Assembly (NCBI GenBank): GCA_045639985.1
Contig: JAZUEE010000169.1
Location: forward strand, 1 to 38,909
Direction of reading: 5' to 3'
Source of the DNA: Bacteroidales bacterium
GTDB taxonomy: Bacteria; Bacteroidota; Bacteroidia; Bacteroidales; WCHB1-69
DNA length: 38,909 nucleotides
The translations under genes and the position numbers were made by a program. Of the stretch, positions 1 to 10,354 are shown piece by piece. The notes under the pieces were generated by a model, which was given only the letters and a program-made list of their open reading frames with translations, was not told the origin of the DNA and searched no databases. The number at the start of each line of letters is the position of its first letter. The stretch's first letter is position 1.

Positions 1-2
1 CT

Positions 3-899
3 TTTAGCAGCATAGGTTACGATATGATTGATTCCCGCACACTCGATCCTATAGGAAAAATCTCCTACGAATATTCGGCAAAAGGCGGCCTAAATCAATT
101 ATATTGGGGTAATGCCTTCCGTATTTGCAAAGGACTTTCTCTCGGATTAAACGCATCATACATGTTCGGATCGGCATACTACTATAGCAATACGGAATTT
201 GACGGAGGATATTTCTACAACACCCGTATCAATGATGCTTATCATTTGGATGGTATTTATCTTACCGCTGGATTACAATATTTCCATACTGTCAAAGATA
301 ATCATCGCTTAGGTATCGGCCTTGTTTATAGCAATAGTGCCTATATTTGGGCTAAAGAGCTTCTGCTTATCAACTATTACGAAGGGGCTTACAGCAGTGT
401 GATTTCATACGATACCGCACACTCCGACAATTCAAGACGCGGAAACCTCTGCATTCCACAATCAATAGGGGGAGGCATTAGCTACTCTTATAAAGATAGA
501 TTAACACTTGCTGCCGATGTTGCTTGGAGTAACTGGGCAAAATATAGTTTTATGGGGCATAGTGATTCCCTGCAAAATTCTATAACCGCGTCTTTTGGAG
601 CACAATATGTTCCAGATCCTCTTTCCCCTAAATTTTTGAAAAGAATGGCTTTCCGATTAGGAGCCAAATATTCTACCGGAGAAATTTTCATCCACAATAA
701 ACCTATTAGTGAATTTGGAGTCACTATCGGTCTTGGTATTCCATTAACGACCTTCAACACACATTCAAGTATCAATATTATGCTTGAATATGGCAAAGTA
801 GGAACTTTGGAAAACGATCTTATCAAACAAAATTACTTTAGATGTACTCTGAACTTCACGCTCCAAGAGAAGTGGTACCAAAGAATGAAACTCGATTAG
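3..899 (+). CDS. Outer-membrane beta-barrel protein (FadL/OmpP1-like, Bacteroidota type), 5'-truncated by the window
   Basis: Frame is open from position 3 (FSSIGYDM...). Alternating amphipathic beta-strands, a GGLNQLYWG segment and C-terminal EKWY; lies upstream of TPR-lptC, an order typical of Bacteroidota. Confidence 0.7.
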   Translation, partial: FSSIGYDMIDSRTLDPIGKISYEYSAKGGLNQLYWGNAFRICKGLSLGLNASYMFGSAYYYSNTEFDGGYFYNTRINDAYHLDGIYLTAGLQYFHTVKDNHRLGIGLVYSNSAYIWAKELLLINYYEGAYSSVISYDTAHSDNSRRGNLCIPQSIGGGISYSYKDRLTLAADVAWSNWAKYSFMGHSDSLQNSITASFGAQYVPDPLSPKFLKRMAFRLGAKYSTGEIFIHNKPISEFGVTIGLGIPLTTFNTHSSINIMLEYGKVGTLENDLIKQNYFRCTLNFTLQEKWYQRMKLD

Positions 900-929
900 A
901 ACTGAATAACATTAATAAACAATAGAAAA

Positions 930-2378
930 ATGAAAAAATTATTTATTGCCACATTGCTGCTTGCTTTCAGCAGCGCCCTTTTTGCTCAATGTCCGTACAA
1001 ATACGGTGCTACAGAAGAAGATTCCTTGAAATGTCTTGAGCAAATGACGAACTTCAACATGTTCTACAAAGCAAAGAACTATACAGATGCCTACGAAGCA
1101 TGGCAATATATTGTAAAACAATGTCCATGCGCTTGGGATGGCATCTTCACAAACGCTCAAACCCTTTTCCAAAATCTTATAAAAAATGAAAAAGACTCTT
1201 TGAAAAAAGAACAACTCATTGATGCATTATTAAACTCATACGAAATTCGAAACAATTATTTTCCTGAAAAATTCAGCAAAGGATACTGCCTCGGATTCAA
1301 AGCTTACAACACATTACTTTATCGTGGCAAAAGCTGCACTTCCGACGAACTGATGCAAGTATTGGATTGGTTCATCCAATCTGTTGAAATGGAAAAGGAA
1401 AAAACGCAACCTGCTATTTGGGACAAATATTTCCAATTGGCCGAAATTGTTACAAAAGCCAAAAGAGACACCACATACGTAATTGAAGCGTACGGACGTG
1501 CAACCGATTATTTGGACCTTTCCATCAACAACGCTTTAGTGCAATACGAGAAGCAGGTTGACAACTTAGACACACTAACCGCTCAATACGAAGCCGGCCA
1601 ATTAGATAGAATGAGCTATGACAAACAAGCCAAAACGATTATTAGTGATACCACTCGTCAAATGAAATTGGTTGTTAACTATCGTAAAACTTTATCTAAG
1701 ATTGAAAAATCCGTAACTCCGTATGCTTCTTGCGAAGTATTGGAAGAAGTTTACTCTAAGAAAATTGAGACGAGCCGTGATGACATTTCCGCTATCAACA
1801 AAATTGTCATGACAATGTCCAAAGGTGGTTGCATCGGCAGCCCGATTTTCAAGGAAGCCCTGGAAATCCTTCATAAAGCCAATCCGAACCGCAACTCCGC
1901 ATACTGGATGGGCAACCTCTCTTTAAAGAGTTTTGTAACTACGAAAAACAATGCTGAATTGGATGCTGCCGTTAGTTATTTCCAAGAAGCTGTCCGTTTA
2001 AGCGAAACCAACGAACAAAAAGCAGATGCCAATTATATGTTGGCTTTGGCTTTCCAAACCAAACATTCATACTCCGAATCCCGTTCTGCCGCATACGCCG
2101 CTATCAAAGCACAACCGAACATGGGTAAAGCTTATATCCTCATTGGAGACCTTTACGCAAGTGGTTGCACAGATGAAATTCCTTTGTCATACGCATGGGC
2201 TGCGGCCGACAAATATGCCAAAGCTGCTGCCGTTGACCCAAGTTGCGCCAACGAAGCCAACGCACACCGCGCCAAATTAAGATATCCGAGCAAAGAAGAA
2301 CTCTTCAAACGTGGTCTCAACGCCGGTTCCTCTTATCACGTGGGTGGATGGATTCAAGAAAACACTACTATTCGATAA
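930..2378 (+). CDS. Exported tetratricopeptide-repeat protein
   Basis: SPI signal peptide (MKKLFIATLLLAFSSALFAQ), helical TPR-like repeats (ADANYMLALAF, GKAYILIGDLYA), C-terminal GGWIQENTTIR; 10 Cys. Confidence 0.75.
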   Translation: MKKLFIATLLLAFSSALFAQCPYKYGATEEDSLKCLEQMTNFNMFYKAKNYTDAYEAWQYIVKQCPCAWDGIFTNAQTLFQNLIKNEKDSLKKEQLIDALLNSYEIRNNYFPEKFSKGYCLGFKAYNTLLYRGKSCTSDELMQVLDWFIQSVEMEKEKTQPAIWDKYFQLAEIVTKAKRDTTYVIEAYGRATDYLDLSINNALVQYEKQVDNLDTLTAQYEAGQLDRMSYDKQAKTIISDTTRQMKLVVNYRKTLSKIEKSVTPYASCEVLEEVYSKKIETSRDDISAINKIVMTMSKGGCIGSPIFKEALEILHKANPNRNSAYWMGNLSLKSFVTTKNNAELDAAVSYFQEAVRLSETNEQKADANYMLALAFQTKHSYSESRSAAYAAIKAQPNMGKAYILIGDLYASGCTDEIPLSYAWAAADKYAKAAAVDPSCANEANAHRAKLRYPSKEELFKRGLNAGSSYHVGGWIQENTTIR

Positions 2379-2390
2379 CAGACGAGGTAA

Positions 2391-2957
2391 ATGCCCTATA
2401 ATATCCTCCATATAACCAAAAACATCATAACGGCTTTCTGCCTTATGATGTTTTTTATTTCCTGTAATACGCACAAAAACAAGGAACCCATTCTATACAT
2501 GTATAATGGAAAATTTCCCGATGAATCAGCCGAAAACATGTGTATTACCATGAGTGATTCAGGCAAAATCAGCTTCATTGTTGAAACGCCGTTAATGAAC
2601 CGTTATTATGGGGATTCCGCTTATACAGACTGTCCCAAAGGGGTTAAAATAGTATCTTACAATGAACATGGACTCAAACAAGCCATCCTGACAGCTGACT
2701 ATGCCTGCGAAATCAGAGCTATTTCCTACAAAGCATCCAAAAACGTGGTTATCATTGATGTCATTAAAGGAGACACATTGCAAACGGAAGAAATAACATG
2801 GGACAAAAATGCCCGTACCATTACGTGCAATACGTTGGTTAAACAATCCAAAGCGGATGGTTCTGTCAATTATGGCGACGGATTTACCGCAGATGACAGA
2901 TTTACCAAATATACGATTATTCACCCACGAGGTGTCATGTCGGGATTTGAGTTTTAA
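2391..2957 (+). CDS. lptC: LPS export ABC transporter periplasmic protein LptC
   Basis: N-terminal hydrophobic segment with lipobox-like FISC; LTADYA, DTLQTEEITWD and YGDGFTAD resemble Bacteroidota LptC; conserved context. Confidence 0.8.
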   Translation: MPYNILHITKNIITAFCLMMFFISCNTHKNKEPILYMYNGKFPDESAENMCITMSDSGKISFIVETPLMNRYYGDSAYTDCPKGVKIVSYNEHGLKQAILTADYACEIRAISYKASKNVVIIDVIKGDTLQTEEITWDKNARTITCNTLVKQSKADGSVNYGDGFTADDRFTKYTIIHPRGVMSGFEF

Positions 2958-3563
2958 CTAAAGAGTCGCCACAGTTACACTGCTGGCGACTTTTTTTAAT
3001 GCCGTTACTAACCTGTCTGCCTCCTTTTGACGAATACTAAAACGAATCGTGCAATTCAAATCACTCTGCTGACTGATAATAGTGACGTTGGGATCTTTCA
3101 TCAACTGCATTACGGCATTCATCTGCAGATATTCGAATACAACATCGTAGGTCTCGTCAATAGTTTTTTCCACAATAACGGCAGCGTCCAAGGCTTCTCG
3201 GGCTGCGATTTTATAGGCATTCTGCAACCCACTAACGCCTAATTTAATACCTCCAAAATAACGAACTACAACAACCAACGTATTGGTAAGGTCTTTCGAT
3301 AGTAATTGTCCGTGTATAGGCCGACCCGCCGTTCCAGAAGGTTCTCCATTATCATTGACACGATAAGCATCCTTACGAGGCCCCAAAATATAAGCATAAC
3401 AATGATGACGAGCATCGTTATGCTTTTTCTGAATTTCGAGTAATCGTTTTTTCACCTCATCCTCTGTCAAAACAGGGAAAGCATACGCAATAAATTTACT
3501 GCGTTTTTCACTATAACTTCCCGTTGCCGGTGCTGCAATTGTCTTATAAGTGTCTTCGAACAT
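2958..3563 (-). CDS. yigZ: YigZ/IMPACT family protein
   Basis: EKRSKFIA, ARHHCYAY, DNGEPSGTAG and VVRYFGGIKLG motifs. ATG at 3563 (MFEDTYKTI) is preferred over 3584. Confidence 0.92.
   Translation of the reverse strand: MFEDTYKTIAAPATGSYSEKRSKFIAYAFPVLTEDEVKKRLLEIQKKHNDARHHCYAYILGPRKDAYRVNDNGEPSGTAGRPIHGQLLSKDLTNTLVVVVRYFGGIKLGVSGLQNAYKIAAREALDAAVIVEKTIDETYDVVFEYLQMNAVMQLMKDPNVTIISQQSDLNCTIRFSIRQKEADRLVTALKKVASSVTVATL
2961..2997 (+). terminator. Intrinsic terminator for the lptC operon, embedded in the antisense yigZ coding end
   Basis: AGTCGCCA (2964-2971) pairs with TGGCGACT (2984-2991), followed by a T run to 2997, immediately after the lptC stop. Confidence 0.7.
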
Positions 3564-4515
3564 ACAATAACTTATTATTGTCAACGGTTACGGTTTCCAA
3601 ATATTCCATATCCAATGTTGGAGCAGAAAGACCTGCACCCCAAGTTTGATTTCCAACCAATATTCGCGCTTCATCCCATAAACCGGACTGAATAAAACAA
3701 TCCAATGTCTTACGACCTCCCTCAACAATAACAGACTGGATTTTTTGCTCATACATAACTTGAAGACAATCTTCCACATTCATTGAAACAGGAGTATATG
3801 TTATTGATGGAAGCACTTCATTCGAACATTGCATGACAAAACGTTGAGGATTCTTGCCGGGGTAACATCGCGTTGTTAATTGAGGATGATCATGAAGCAT
3901 CGTATTATAACCAACAAGAATTGCATCCTCCTCGCTACGCCACTTATGGGCAAGCACTTTCAAGGCAGGATTGGTAATCCAATACGTATGTGGTTTTCCA
4001 TCGCTGCGATCCACGTCCATATAACCATCTAACGTTTGCGCCCATTTCAAAATCACATACGGGCGTTTTTCCCGATGATATGTGAAAAAACGTTTGTTTA
4101 ACTCCTGACAATCGTCCTCGCAAACATGTTCCACCACTTCAATACCGGCATCTTTCAGTTTTTGAATACCTGAACCATTCACTTTTTGATTATAGTCAAC
4201 CGTTCCTACAACAACACGAGGAATGCCATAATGAATAATAGCATCCGCACAAGGAGGTGTTTTGCCATAATGAGAACACGGTTCCAATGAAACATAAATA
4301 GAAGATTCCCGTAACAATTTCGGGTTGGACACAGAGCTAATTGCATTCACTTCCGCATGCGGGCCGCCATATTGATGGTGATATCCTTCGCCAATTATAG
4401 TTCCATTATGCACAATCACTGCACCCACCATGGGATTAGGTTGTACTTTTCCCAAACCCAATCGGGCCAATTGCAAACAGCGCTGCATATATTTTTCATC
4501 ATCAGTACAGGACAT
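3544..4515 (-). CDS. ribD: Bifunctional diaminohydroxyphosphoribosylaminopyrimidine deaminase/reductase
   Basis: PNPMVGAVIV, HAEVNAI, LEPCSHYGKTPPC zinc motif, KWAQTLDG, VEGG. Confidence 0.95.
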   Translation of the reverse strand: MSCTDDEKYMQRCLQLARLGLGKVQPNPMVGAVIVHNGTIIGEGYHHQYGGPHAEVNAISSVSNPKLLRESSIYVSLEPCSHYGKTPPCADAIIHYGIPRVVVGTVDYNQKVNGSGIQKLKDAGIEVVEHVCEDDCQELNKRFFTYHREKRPYVILKWAQTLDGYMDVDRSDGKPHTYWITNPALKVLAHKWRSEEDAILVGYNTMLHDHPQLTTRCYPGKNPQRFVMQCSNEVLPSITYTPVSMNVEDCLQVMYEQKIQSVIVEGGRKTLDCFIQSGLWDEARILVGNQTWGAGLSAPTLDMEYLETVTVDNNKLLYVRRHL

Positions 4516-4530
4516 CTGCTAATGCAATGG

Positions 4531-5616
4531 TTATTGGGCTTGTTTTAAGAAATATGATAAGGGTTGAACCTGTCTGTCGAAATGGAAATACTGACATTGT
4601 AACAGGTTTTTCTTATTGCCATTGAGAATTGCATAGAATTTATCTCTATTATACGGGACATTGGTCTCTTCAACATTCCTTTCTAAAATAGCATCCAGAT
4701 AATAGGCATCCGGTGTCAGTTTCCGATACAAATCCAATGTGGTCTTTTTCCCTTCAACATCTGTCAATGTAATCGTTTTAAAGCGATTGTAACGGAATAT
4801 TGAGTCTCGTCCGCTTTTACTAATTCCCGTAATCAGTTTTTCATAATTTTTATCGCGGTACTCAGCCAACATATCTAATAATTTAACCGTATCATAATCG
4901 GCAATCTGTTGGTGTTGAGCATTGTAAAGATTAAAGAATCGAGCTCCTGATTTTTCAACTATGAAAGATTCTTCCGGATGTTCATAATCTTTCACTTCCA
5001 ATGTCTTGATGCGCGTGATTTTAGTAGTGAATAAATCGCAATTGTACCAATCAATTTCTTTAAAAGAATACGTTGGCGTTAGAAAACCTCTAAAACCAGG
5101 AATGTGGACAATACAAGGTTCATCAAAGCCATCCAAAATGGCAAAATTACCTACATTATCCATTGTGGCCGAACCCATATAATACGTCTTCACCAATCTT
5201 TCCTTATTAAAAAACTTCATTCCGAAAACCGTAAATTTTGGGGCTGTTTGATAAATTTCAACTTTCACTGAATTAACTGCCAAACCTTTAATAATATTGG
5301 ACTGAGCAGTTTTGGCCACAACCTGTTGCAGAGTAATATTGCAAATAGTGGAAAGAAGGTCATTGATTTTACTGGGCATAGCGGGGATTGTATCTTGGAC
5401 ATACCAAGTATTATCTCGTTTGGAGAGAAGAACATGTTCTCCCGTCATATCGGCAATAAAAACTTTTGTAATAGAAGCCGTGTCTTTCACCGCAAAAATA
5501 TCCGATTTGGGCATATTGTTTCTTCCGTGGAAAACACCTGTTTTTAAAAGTACAATAACCAAACAAACGACCAAAAGCACCGCAATGGCAATAAAATAAA
5601 CTCGATTTTTTTTCAT
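4531..5616 (-). CDS. Membrane-anchored DUF4340-like periplasmic protein
   Basis: N-terminal TM anchor; FAVKDTASITKVFIAD and IVHIPGFRGFL resemble Bacteroidota DUF4340 proteins. Confidence 0.6.
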   Translation of the reverse strand: MKKNRVYFIAIAVLLVVCLVIVLLKTGVFHGRNNMPKSDIFAVKDTASITKVFIADMTGEHVLLSKRDNTWYVQDTIPAMPSKINDLLSTICNITLQQVVAKTAQSNIIKGLAVNSVKVEIYQTAPKFTVFGMKFFNKERLVKTYYMGSATMDNVGNFAILDGFDEPCIVHIPGFRGFLTPTYSFKEIDWYNCDLFTTKITRIKTLEVKDYEHPEESFIVEKSGARFFNLYNAQHQQIADYDTVKLLDMLAEYRDKNYEKLITGISKSGRDSIFRYNRFKTITLTDVEGKKTTLDLYRKLTPDAYYLDAILERNVEETNVPYNRDKFYAILNGNKKNLLQCQYFHFDRQVQPLSYFLKQAQ

Positions 5617-5671
5617 ATTATATTACAAATGAGTTGATTACACTGTTTATATAGAATATTTACTAAGCGCG

Positions 5672-5679
5672 CAAAAATA
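5672..5679 (-). promoter_or_regulatory. Bacteroidota sigma-A -7 element for the DUF4340-ribD-yigZ unit
   Basis: TATTTTTG (TAnnTTTG) followed by CGC on the minus strand, about 55 nt upstream of the ATG at 5616. Confidence 0.55.
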
Positions 5680-5762
5680 CGAAAAAGTACATTAAAAAAA
5701 TTTTTCACAATTTTAAACTTCAATAGATATATAATGTCTTATTTAAGTTTTATTTTTTTGGT

Positions 5763-7079
5763 ATGAAAAAACATTTTGCTCTTTGTTTAGGCATCCTATT
5801 CTTGGTTTTTGGGACGTATGCACAAGAAACAACCAATACCGCATCTTTATCATTAGAAGATTGCATACGCTATGCCGAGGAGAACAACTTATCCCTTCAG
5901 AGTGCCGGATTAAACATACAATCTTCTGAGATCAATTTGCGTCAGGCAAAAGAAAACATTGCCCCTTCCATATCGGCTTCCGCTTCCCAAGGGTTCAACG
6001 CCAACAATTACCAGAGATCTGTTGGCTGGAATGGCAACTACGGAATCAGCGCCGGAATGACGCTTTTTAATGGATTAAGCAACTATAATTTCATCAAACA
6101 AAGCAAGTTACAAGTTGAGCAATCCAATTTGGAATTGGAACAAGACAAAAACAAAATACGAATTTCCATCATTCAGGCCTTTTTGACCATTATGGCTAAT
6201 CAGGACCTTTTGACCTACCAACAAGACGTCATCAGAAGCAGTAAAGAACAAATGGAACAGGGTGAGCAGCAATTTCGCGTTGGCCAGATTTTGGAAAGTG
6301 ATTATAAAATGCTTCAGGCGCAATATACTTCCGACATGTATAATGTGGAAAACACCAAAATCAATATTCAAAACAGTTTTCTCACCTTAAAAAATCTCCT
6401 CTCCATCAACCCCAATCAAGAGATTTCCATTGTACGTCCTGACAGCGCAACCTTGTTTAAAAGTCTGGAAATTCCTTCTATGCAGGAACTTATGAACAAA
6501 TCTATGGATTACTTGCCCGAATTAAAAATCATGCAAAACAACATCACCAATGCCGAATACGATGTAAAATTGCAGAAATCCAATTTTTATCCGAGTTTGT
6601 CTTTAAGCGCCGGCATCAGCACTGGATACAACAACAGCAACATAACTGAGAATCTTGGTTGGGGCACACAATTATGGCACGGATTAGGCGAAAACGTAGG
6701 ACTTAATCTGAGCATCCCTATTTATGAGCGCAGCCAAGTGCGCAACAACGTGAAACAGGCACAACTCCGCGTTCAACAAGCAGAATTAAACCAAAAGGAA
6801 ACAGAAATCCAAATCAATCAAGAGTTGCAACAATATTATTTGGACGTACAATCTGCCTACAACGACTATATCGTGGCAGAAGCGCAACGGGACGCGTACG
6901 AAGCCAATTTCAATGCCTATAGTTTCAAATTCAAATATGGCTCTGTCACTGCCGTTGACCTTATCCAACAGCAAACCAACTATTTAAACCAATTGAACAA
7001 ATACATGCAGGCCAAATATTCTTTTGTTTTGCAAAGAAAGATTTTGGATGTGATGATGGGCATTCCCGTGAAACTGTAA
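5763..7079 (+). CDS. TolC family outer-membrane efflux protein
   Basis: Signal peptide, LSLEDCIRYAEENNL, two OEP repeats (YPSLSLSAG, LNLSIPIY); precedes adaptor and ABC genes. Confidence 0.92.
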   Translation: MKKHFALCLGILFLVFGTYAQETTNTASLSLEDCIRYAEENNLSLQSAGLNIQSSEINLRQAKENIAPSISASASQGFNANNYQRSVGWNGNYGISAGMTLFNGLSNYNFIKQSKLQVEQSNLELEQDKNKIRISIIQAFLTIMANQDLLTYQQDVIRSSKEQMEQGEQQFRVGQILESDYKMLQAQYTSDMYNVENTKINIQNSFLTLKNLLSINPNQEISIVRPDSATLFKSLEIPSMQELMNKSMDYLPELKIMQNNITNAEYDVKLQKSNFYPSLSLSAGISTGYNNSNITENLGWGTQLWHGLGENVGLNLSIPIYERSQVRNNVKQAQLRVQQAELNQKETEIQINQELQQYYLDVQSAYNDYIVAEAQRDAYEANFNAYSFKFKYGSVTAVDLIQQQTNYLNQLNKYMQAKYSFVLQRKILDVMMGIPVKL

Positions 7080-7085
7080 TCAATC

Positions 7086-7117
7086 TATTAAGTTGTTAAA
7101 TTATTAAGTTATTAAGA
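7086..7117. repeat. Degenerate 8-bp tandem repeat (4 copies) between tolC and the adaptor gene
   Basis: TATTAAGT TGTTAAAT TATTAAGT TATTAAGA. Confidence 0.55.
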
Positions 7118-7133
7118 TACATTAATTGCTATA

Positions 7134-8369
7134 ATGGTGAAAAAGTTATCTAAGAAAAGTATGTGGCTGATAATCATCGCCGCTATCGTTATTTTGGCAA
7201 TCGTTTTGATTGCTTTAATGAAAGGTAAGAAAAAACAGGATGTTCAAATCATTGCACAACCGGCAGCGATTGACAGTATAGAAGTCACCGTAACGGCCAC
7301 AGGGGAAGTACAACCTGTTTATAAAGTGGAAGTCGGCACGCAAGTTTCCGGTATTGTTGAAAAAATCTATGTAGATTTCAACTCCATAGTGAAAAAAGGT
7401 CAGCTTTTGGCCGAATTAGACCGTTCCAACCTCAACGAGCAGTATTCACAGGCGCAGACCCTGGTTTCCAATGCAAAAAGCAACCTTACATTGGCACAAC
7501 AACAGTACGACCGTGTAAAAGCGCTTTATGACCATAAGGCAGCCACTCAGGAAGCATACGAATCCGTAGTCAATTCATTGAATCAGGCAAAGAACCAGCT
7601 CAAGACGGCTCAATCCGAACTGCAACGCGCTCAAACCAACTTGTCCTACGCCACCATCTATTCCCCTATCGATGGCGTTATTTTGGACAAAGCGGTGGAA
7701 CAAGGTCAGACCGTGGCCTCTTCGTTTAACACACCGACTTTATTTACAATCGCCAACGACTTAACCCAAATGCAGGTAGAAGCCGCTGTTGATGAGGCAG
7801 ACATAGGCGGTGTGAAATCCGGCCAATCCGTCACCTTCACCGTTGATGCCTTCCCCGAGGATATCTTTTCGGGTACGGTTAAAGAAGTTCGTCTTAACCC
7901 TACCGTCACATCCAACGTTGTAACCTATACCGTCATTATCGATGCTCCAAATCCAGATTCAAAACTCTTCCCGGGAATGACCGCCAATGTAACCATCACC
8001 ACTAAAAAAGAGAGCGGCATTAGCATCCCCATGCAAGCCCTGAATGTGATGCTTATTCCAGAATATCAGAAGCAATTGGAGAAGAAAGGTTACACTTTCA
8101 AATCTTTATACAAAGACCAAAAAGAGTTGGCACAAGGGTTGAAAGACATCACCAAAAAGGCCATCTGGGTACAACGTGGCGAGAAGAATTACGAGCAAGT
8201 CAACGTCACAATAGGACTGAATAATGGTGTTACGACTTTAGTAGAAGGCATTCAGGTCGGTGACCGCGTAGTAACAAACATCATGGCCATTTCAGATGGG
8301 AAAGATCCAAAAAATCAAAAAGGGAACAATCCGTTTATGCCGGGCCCTCCAGGTAGAACAAAGAGATAA
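7134..8369 (+). CDS. MacA-like periplasmic adaptor (membrane fusion protein)
   Basis: TM anchor, VEVGTQVSG, VKKGQLLAELD, coiled-coil hairpin, IYSPIDGV, VDEADIG, PGMTANV. Confidence 0.92.
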   Translation: MVKKLSKKSMWLIIIAAIVILAIVLIALMKGKKKQDVQIIAQPAAIDSIEVTVTATGEVQPVYKVEVGTQVSGIVEKIYVDFNSIVKKGQLLAELDRSNLNEQYSQAQTLVSNAKSNLTLAQQQYDRVKALYDHKAATQEAYESVVNSLNQAKNQLKTAQSELQRAQTNLSYATIYSPIDGVILDKAVEQGQTVASSFNTPTLFTIANDLTQMQVEAAVDEADIGGVKSGQSVTFTVDAFPEDIFSGTVKEVRLNPTVTSNVVTYTVIIDAPNPDSKLFPGMTANVTITTKKESGISIPMQALNVMLIPEYQKQLEKKGYTFKSLYKDQKELAQGLKDITKKAIWVQRGEKNYEQVNVTIGLNNGVTTLVEGIQVGDRVVTNIMAISDGKDPKNQKGNNPFMPGPPGRTKR

Positions 8370-8371
8370 TT

Positions 8372-9115
8372 ATGGCAAAAGATATTCTGAAAGTTGAAAA
8401 ATTGGAACGCATCTTTCGAGTGGGCAGCGAAGACGTGCATGCCTTGCGCGGCATATCCTTTACTATTCAGGAAGGTGAGTTTGTAAGCATCATGGGAACC
8501 AGCGGTTCGGGGAAGTCCACCTTGCTGAATATTTTGGGCTGTCTGGATCGCCCATCCGCTGGTGATTACAGCATTGACGGAACTTCCATCAACAATCTCA
8601 GCAAAAACGAGTTGTCAACTTTGCGTAATCGTAAAATCGGATTTGTATTCCAAAATTATAATCTGCTGGCACGTACCACAGCCATTGAGAACGTGGAGCT
8701 TCCGCTGTATTACAATTCCGATGTTCCCGCCAAAGAGCGTCGCGACCGCGCCATTGCCGCTTTGAAATTAGTGGGCTTGGAAAGTCGTATGGAGCACATG
8801 CCCAACCAATTGTCTGGTGGTCAGCAGCAACGTGTGGCCATCGCCCGCGCATTGGTCAACGACCCCGTGATTGTACTGGCCGATGAAGCCACTGGCAATC
8901 TGGACACACGCACTTCTTACGAAATCATGAGCCTGTTTCAGAACTTACACGAACAGGGCAAAACAATTGCCTTCGTCACGCACGAACCCGACATCGCCAC
9001 CTTTACCACCCGCAAAATCAAACTGCGCGACGGCAATATTATTGAAGACGAACCTATTGACACGCAATCGGCAGCCGATGCTTTGGCCGCCATCGATCGC
9101 CAAAAAGTGGAATAA
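8372..9115 (+). CDS. ABC transporter ATP-binding protein (MacB/LolD-type)
   Basis: Walker A GTSGSGKST, signature LSGGQQQRVAIAR, Walker B VLADE, VTH. Confidence 0.95.
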   Translation: MAKDILKVEKLERIFRVGSEDVHALRGISFTIQEGEFVSIMGTSGSGKSTLLNILGCLDRPSAGDYSIDGTSINNLSKNELSTLRNRKIGFVFQNYNLLARTTAIENVELPLYYNSDVPAKERRDRAIAALKLVGLESRMEHMPNQLSGGQQQRVAIARALVNDPVIVLADEATGNLDTRTSYEIMSLFQNLHEQGKTIAFVTHEPDIATFTTRKIKLRDGNIIEDEPIDTQSAADALAAIDRQKVE

Positions 9116-9117
9116 CT

Positions 9118-10338
9118 ATGAACATTGGAAATCTTATCAAAATAGCAATTAGTTCCCTATGCCGCAACAAAATGCGCACTTTGCTGACCATGCTTGGCAT
9201 CGTCATCGGCATCGCTTCTGTGATTGCCATGGTAAGTTTAGGACAAGCCTCCACGCAAAGTGTGCAACAGGAACTATCCTCAATGGGTTCCAACATGATT
9301 ATGATTATGCCTGCACGTCAAAACCGTGGCGGCGTAGATAGAGGAATGTCCACTTCCAAATCATTGAACAACAAAGATTTGGAATCTCTTAAAGAAAAAA
9401 CGCGCTATGTAGCAGCCGTTTCGCCCAACGTAAGCACCTCAGCACAACTGATTTACGGTTCCAAGAACCACTCCTGTTCCGTCAGCGGAGTAGATCCTTC
9501 ATACGCGAACATCCGTAAATACGAAATGAATATCGGTGTGATGTTCACTGAAGAAGACGTAAAACACTATTCCAAGGTCTGCGTTGTCGGACAAACTGTT
9601 GTTGATGCTCTTTTCCCCAACGGAGAAAGTCCATTGGGAAAAATCGTCCGTTTCAATTCCATTCCGATGACCATCATTGGTGTTTTATCTTCCAAAGGCC
9701 AAAATGGCATGGGTGAAGACCAAGACGACATCGTATTAGCCCCCTACACAACGATTCAGAAACGCTTTTTGGGCATTACCTATTTCAATATGATGTTTGC
9801 ATCTGCCACTTCCGAGGATGAATCCGAATTGGCGGCAACCGAAATCACATACATCTTACGCGCCAACCACGGCATTAAGAATCCGGATGATGATGACTTT
9901 GAAATCCGCACACAAGAAGAGTTGGTTTCCACAATGAGTTCCATTCAACAGATGCTAACCATGTTATTAGCCGCTATCGCCTCCATTTCATTGATTGTTG
10001 GTGGTATCGGCATTATGAACATCATGTACGTGACCGTTACGGAACGGACCAAGGAAATCGGTCTTCGAATGGCTATCGGCGCACATACCCGCGACATTAA
10101 AATGCAATTTCTGTGTGAAAGCGTCATCCTAAGTTTGATTGGCGGTGTCATCGGCATCATTTTCGGACTAATCATCTCCTACGCGGCCACGCGCCTGCTA
10201 TCATTCCCATACGTAATCAGCAAAACGGCTATCGGTATATCCTTTTTGGTGTGCGCTATCACCGGTGTCTTCTTCGGATGGTATCCAGCAAAGAAAGCGG
10301 CCAATATGGATCCGATATCGGCTTTGCGATACGAATAA
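9118..10338 (+). CDS. ABC transporter permease (MacB/FtsX-type)
   Basis: RTLLTMLGIVIGIASV, periplasmic core, GGIGIMNIM..VTERTKEIGLRMAIGA, PAKKAANMDPISALRYE. Confidence 0.95.
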   Translation: MNIGNLIKIAISSLCRNKMRTLLTMLGIVIGIASVIAMVSLGQASTQSVQQELSSMGSNMIMIMPARQNRGGVDRGMSTSKSLNNKDLESLKEKTRYVAAVSPNVSTSAQLIYGSKNHSCSVSGVDPSYANIRKYEMNIGVMFTEEDVKHYSKVCVVGQTVVDALFPNGESPLGKIVRFNSIPMTIIGVLSSKGQNGMGEDQDDIVLAPYTTIQKRFLGITYFNMMFASATSEDESELAATEITYILRANHGIKNPDDDDFEIRTQEELVSTMSSIQQMLTMLLAAIASISLIVGGIGIMNIMYVTVTERTKEIGLRMAIGAHTRDIKMQFLCESVILSLIGGVIGIIFGLIISYAATRLLSFPYVISKTAIGISFLVCAITGVFFGWYPAKKAANMDPISALRYE

Positions 10339-10354
10339 TACGGCCACCCTGAAT

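Noticed and set aside
5763-10338. Novel secretion system or confirmed macrolide-resistance locus
   Set aside because: Ordinary split MacAB-TolC-type exporter; substrate cannot be inferred from sequence.
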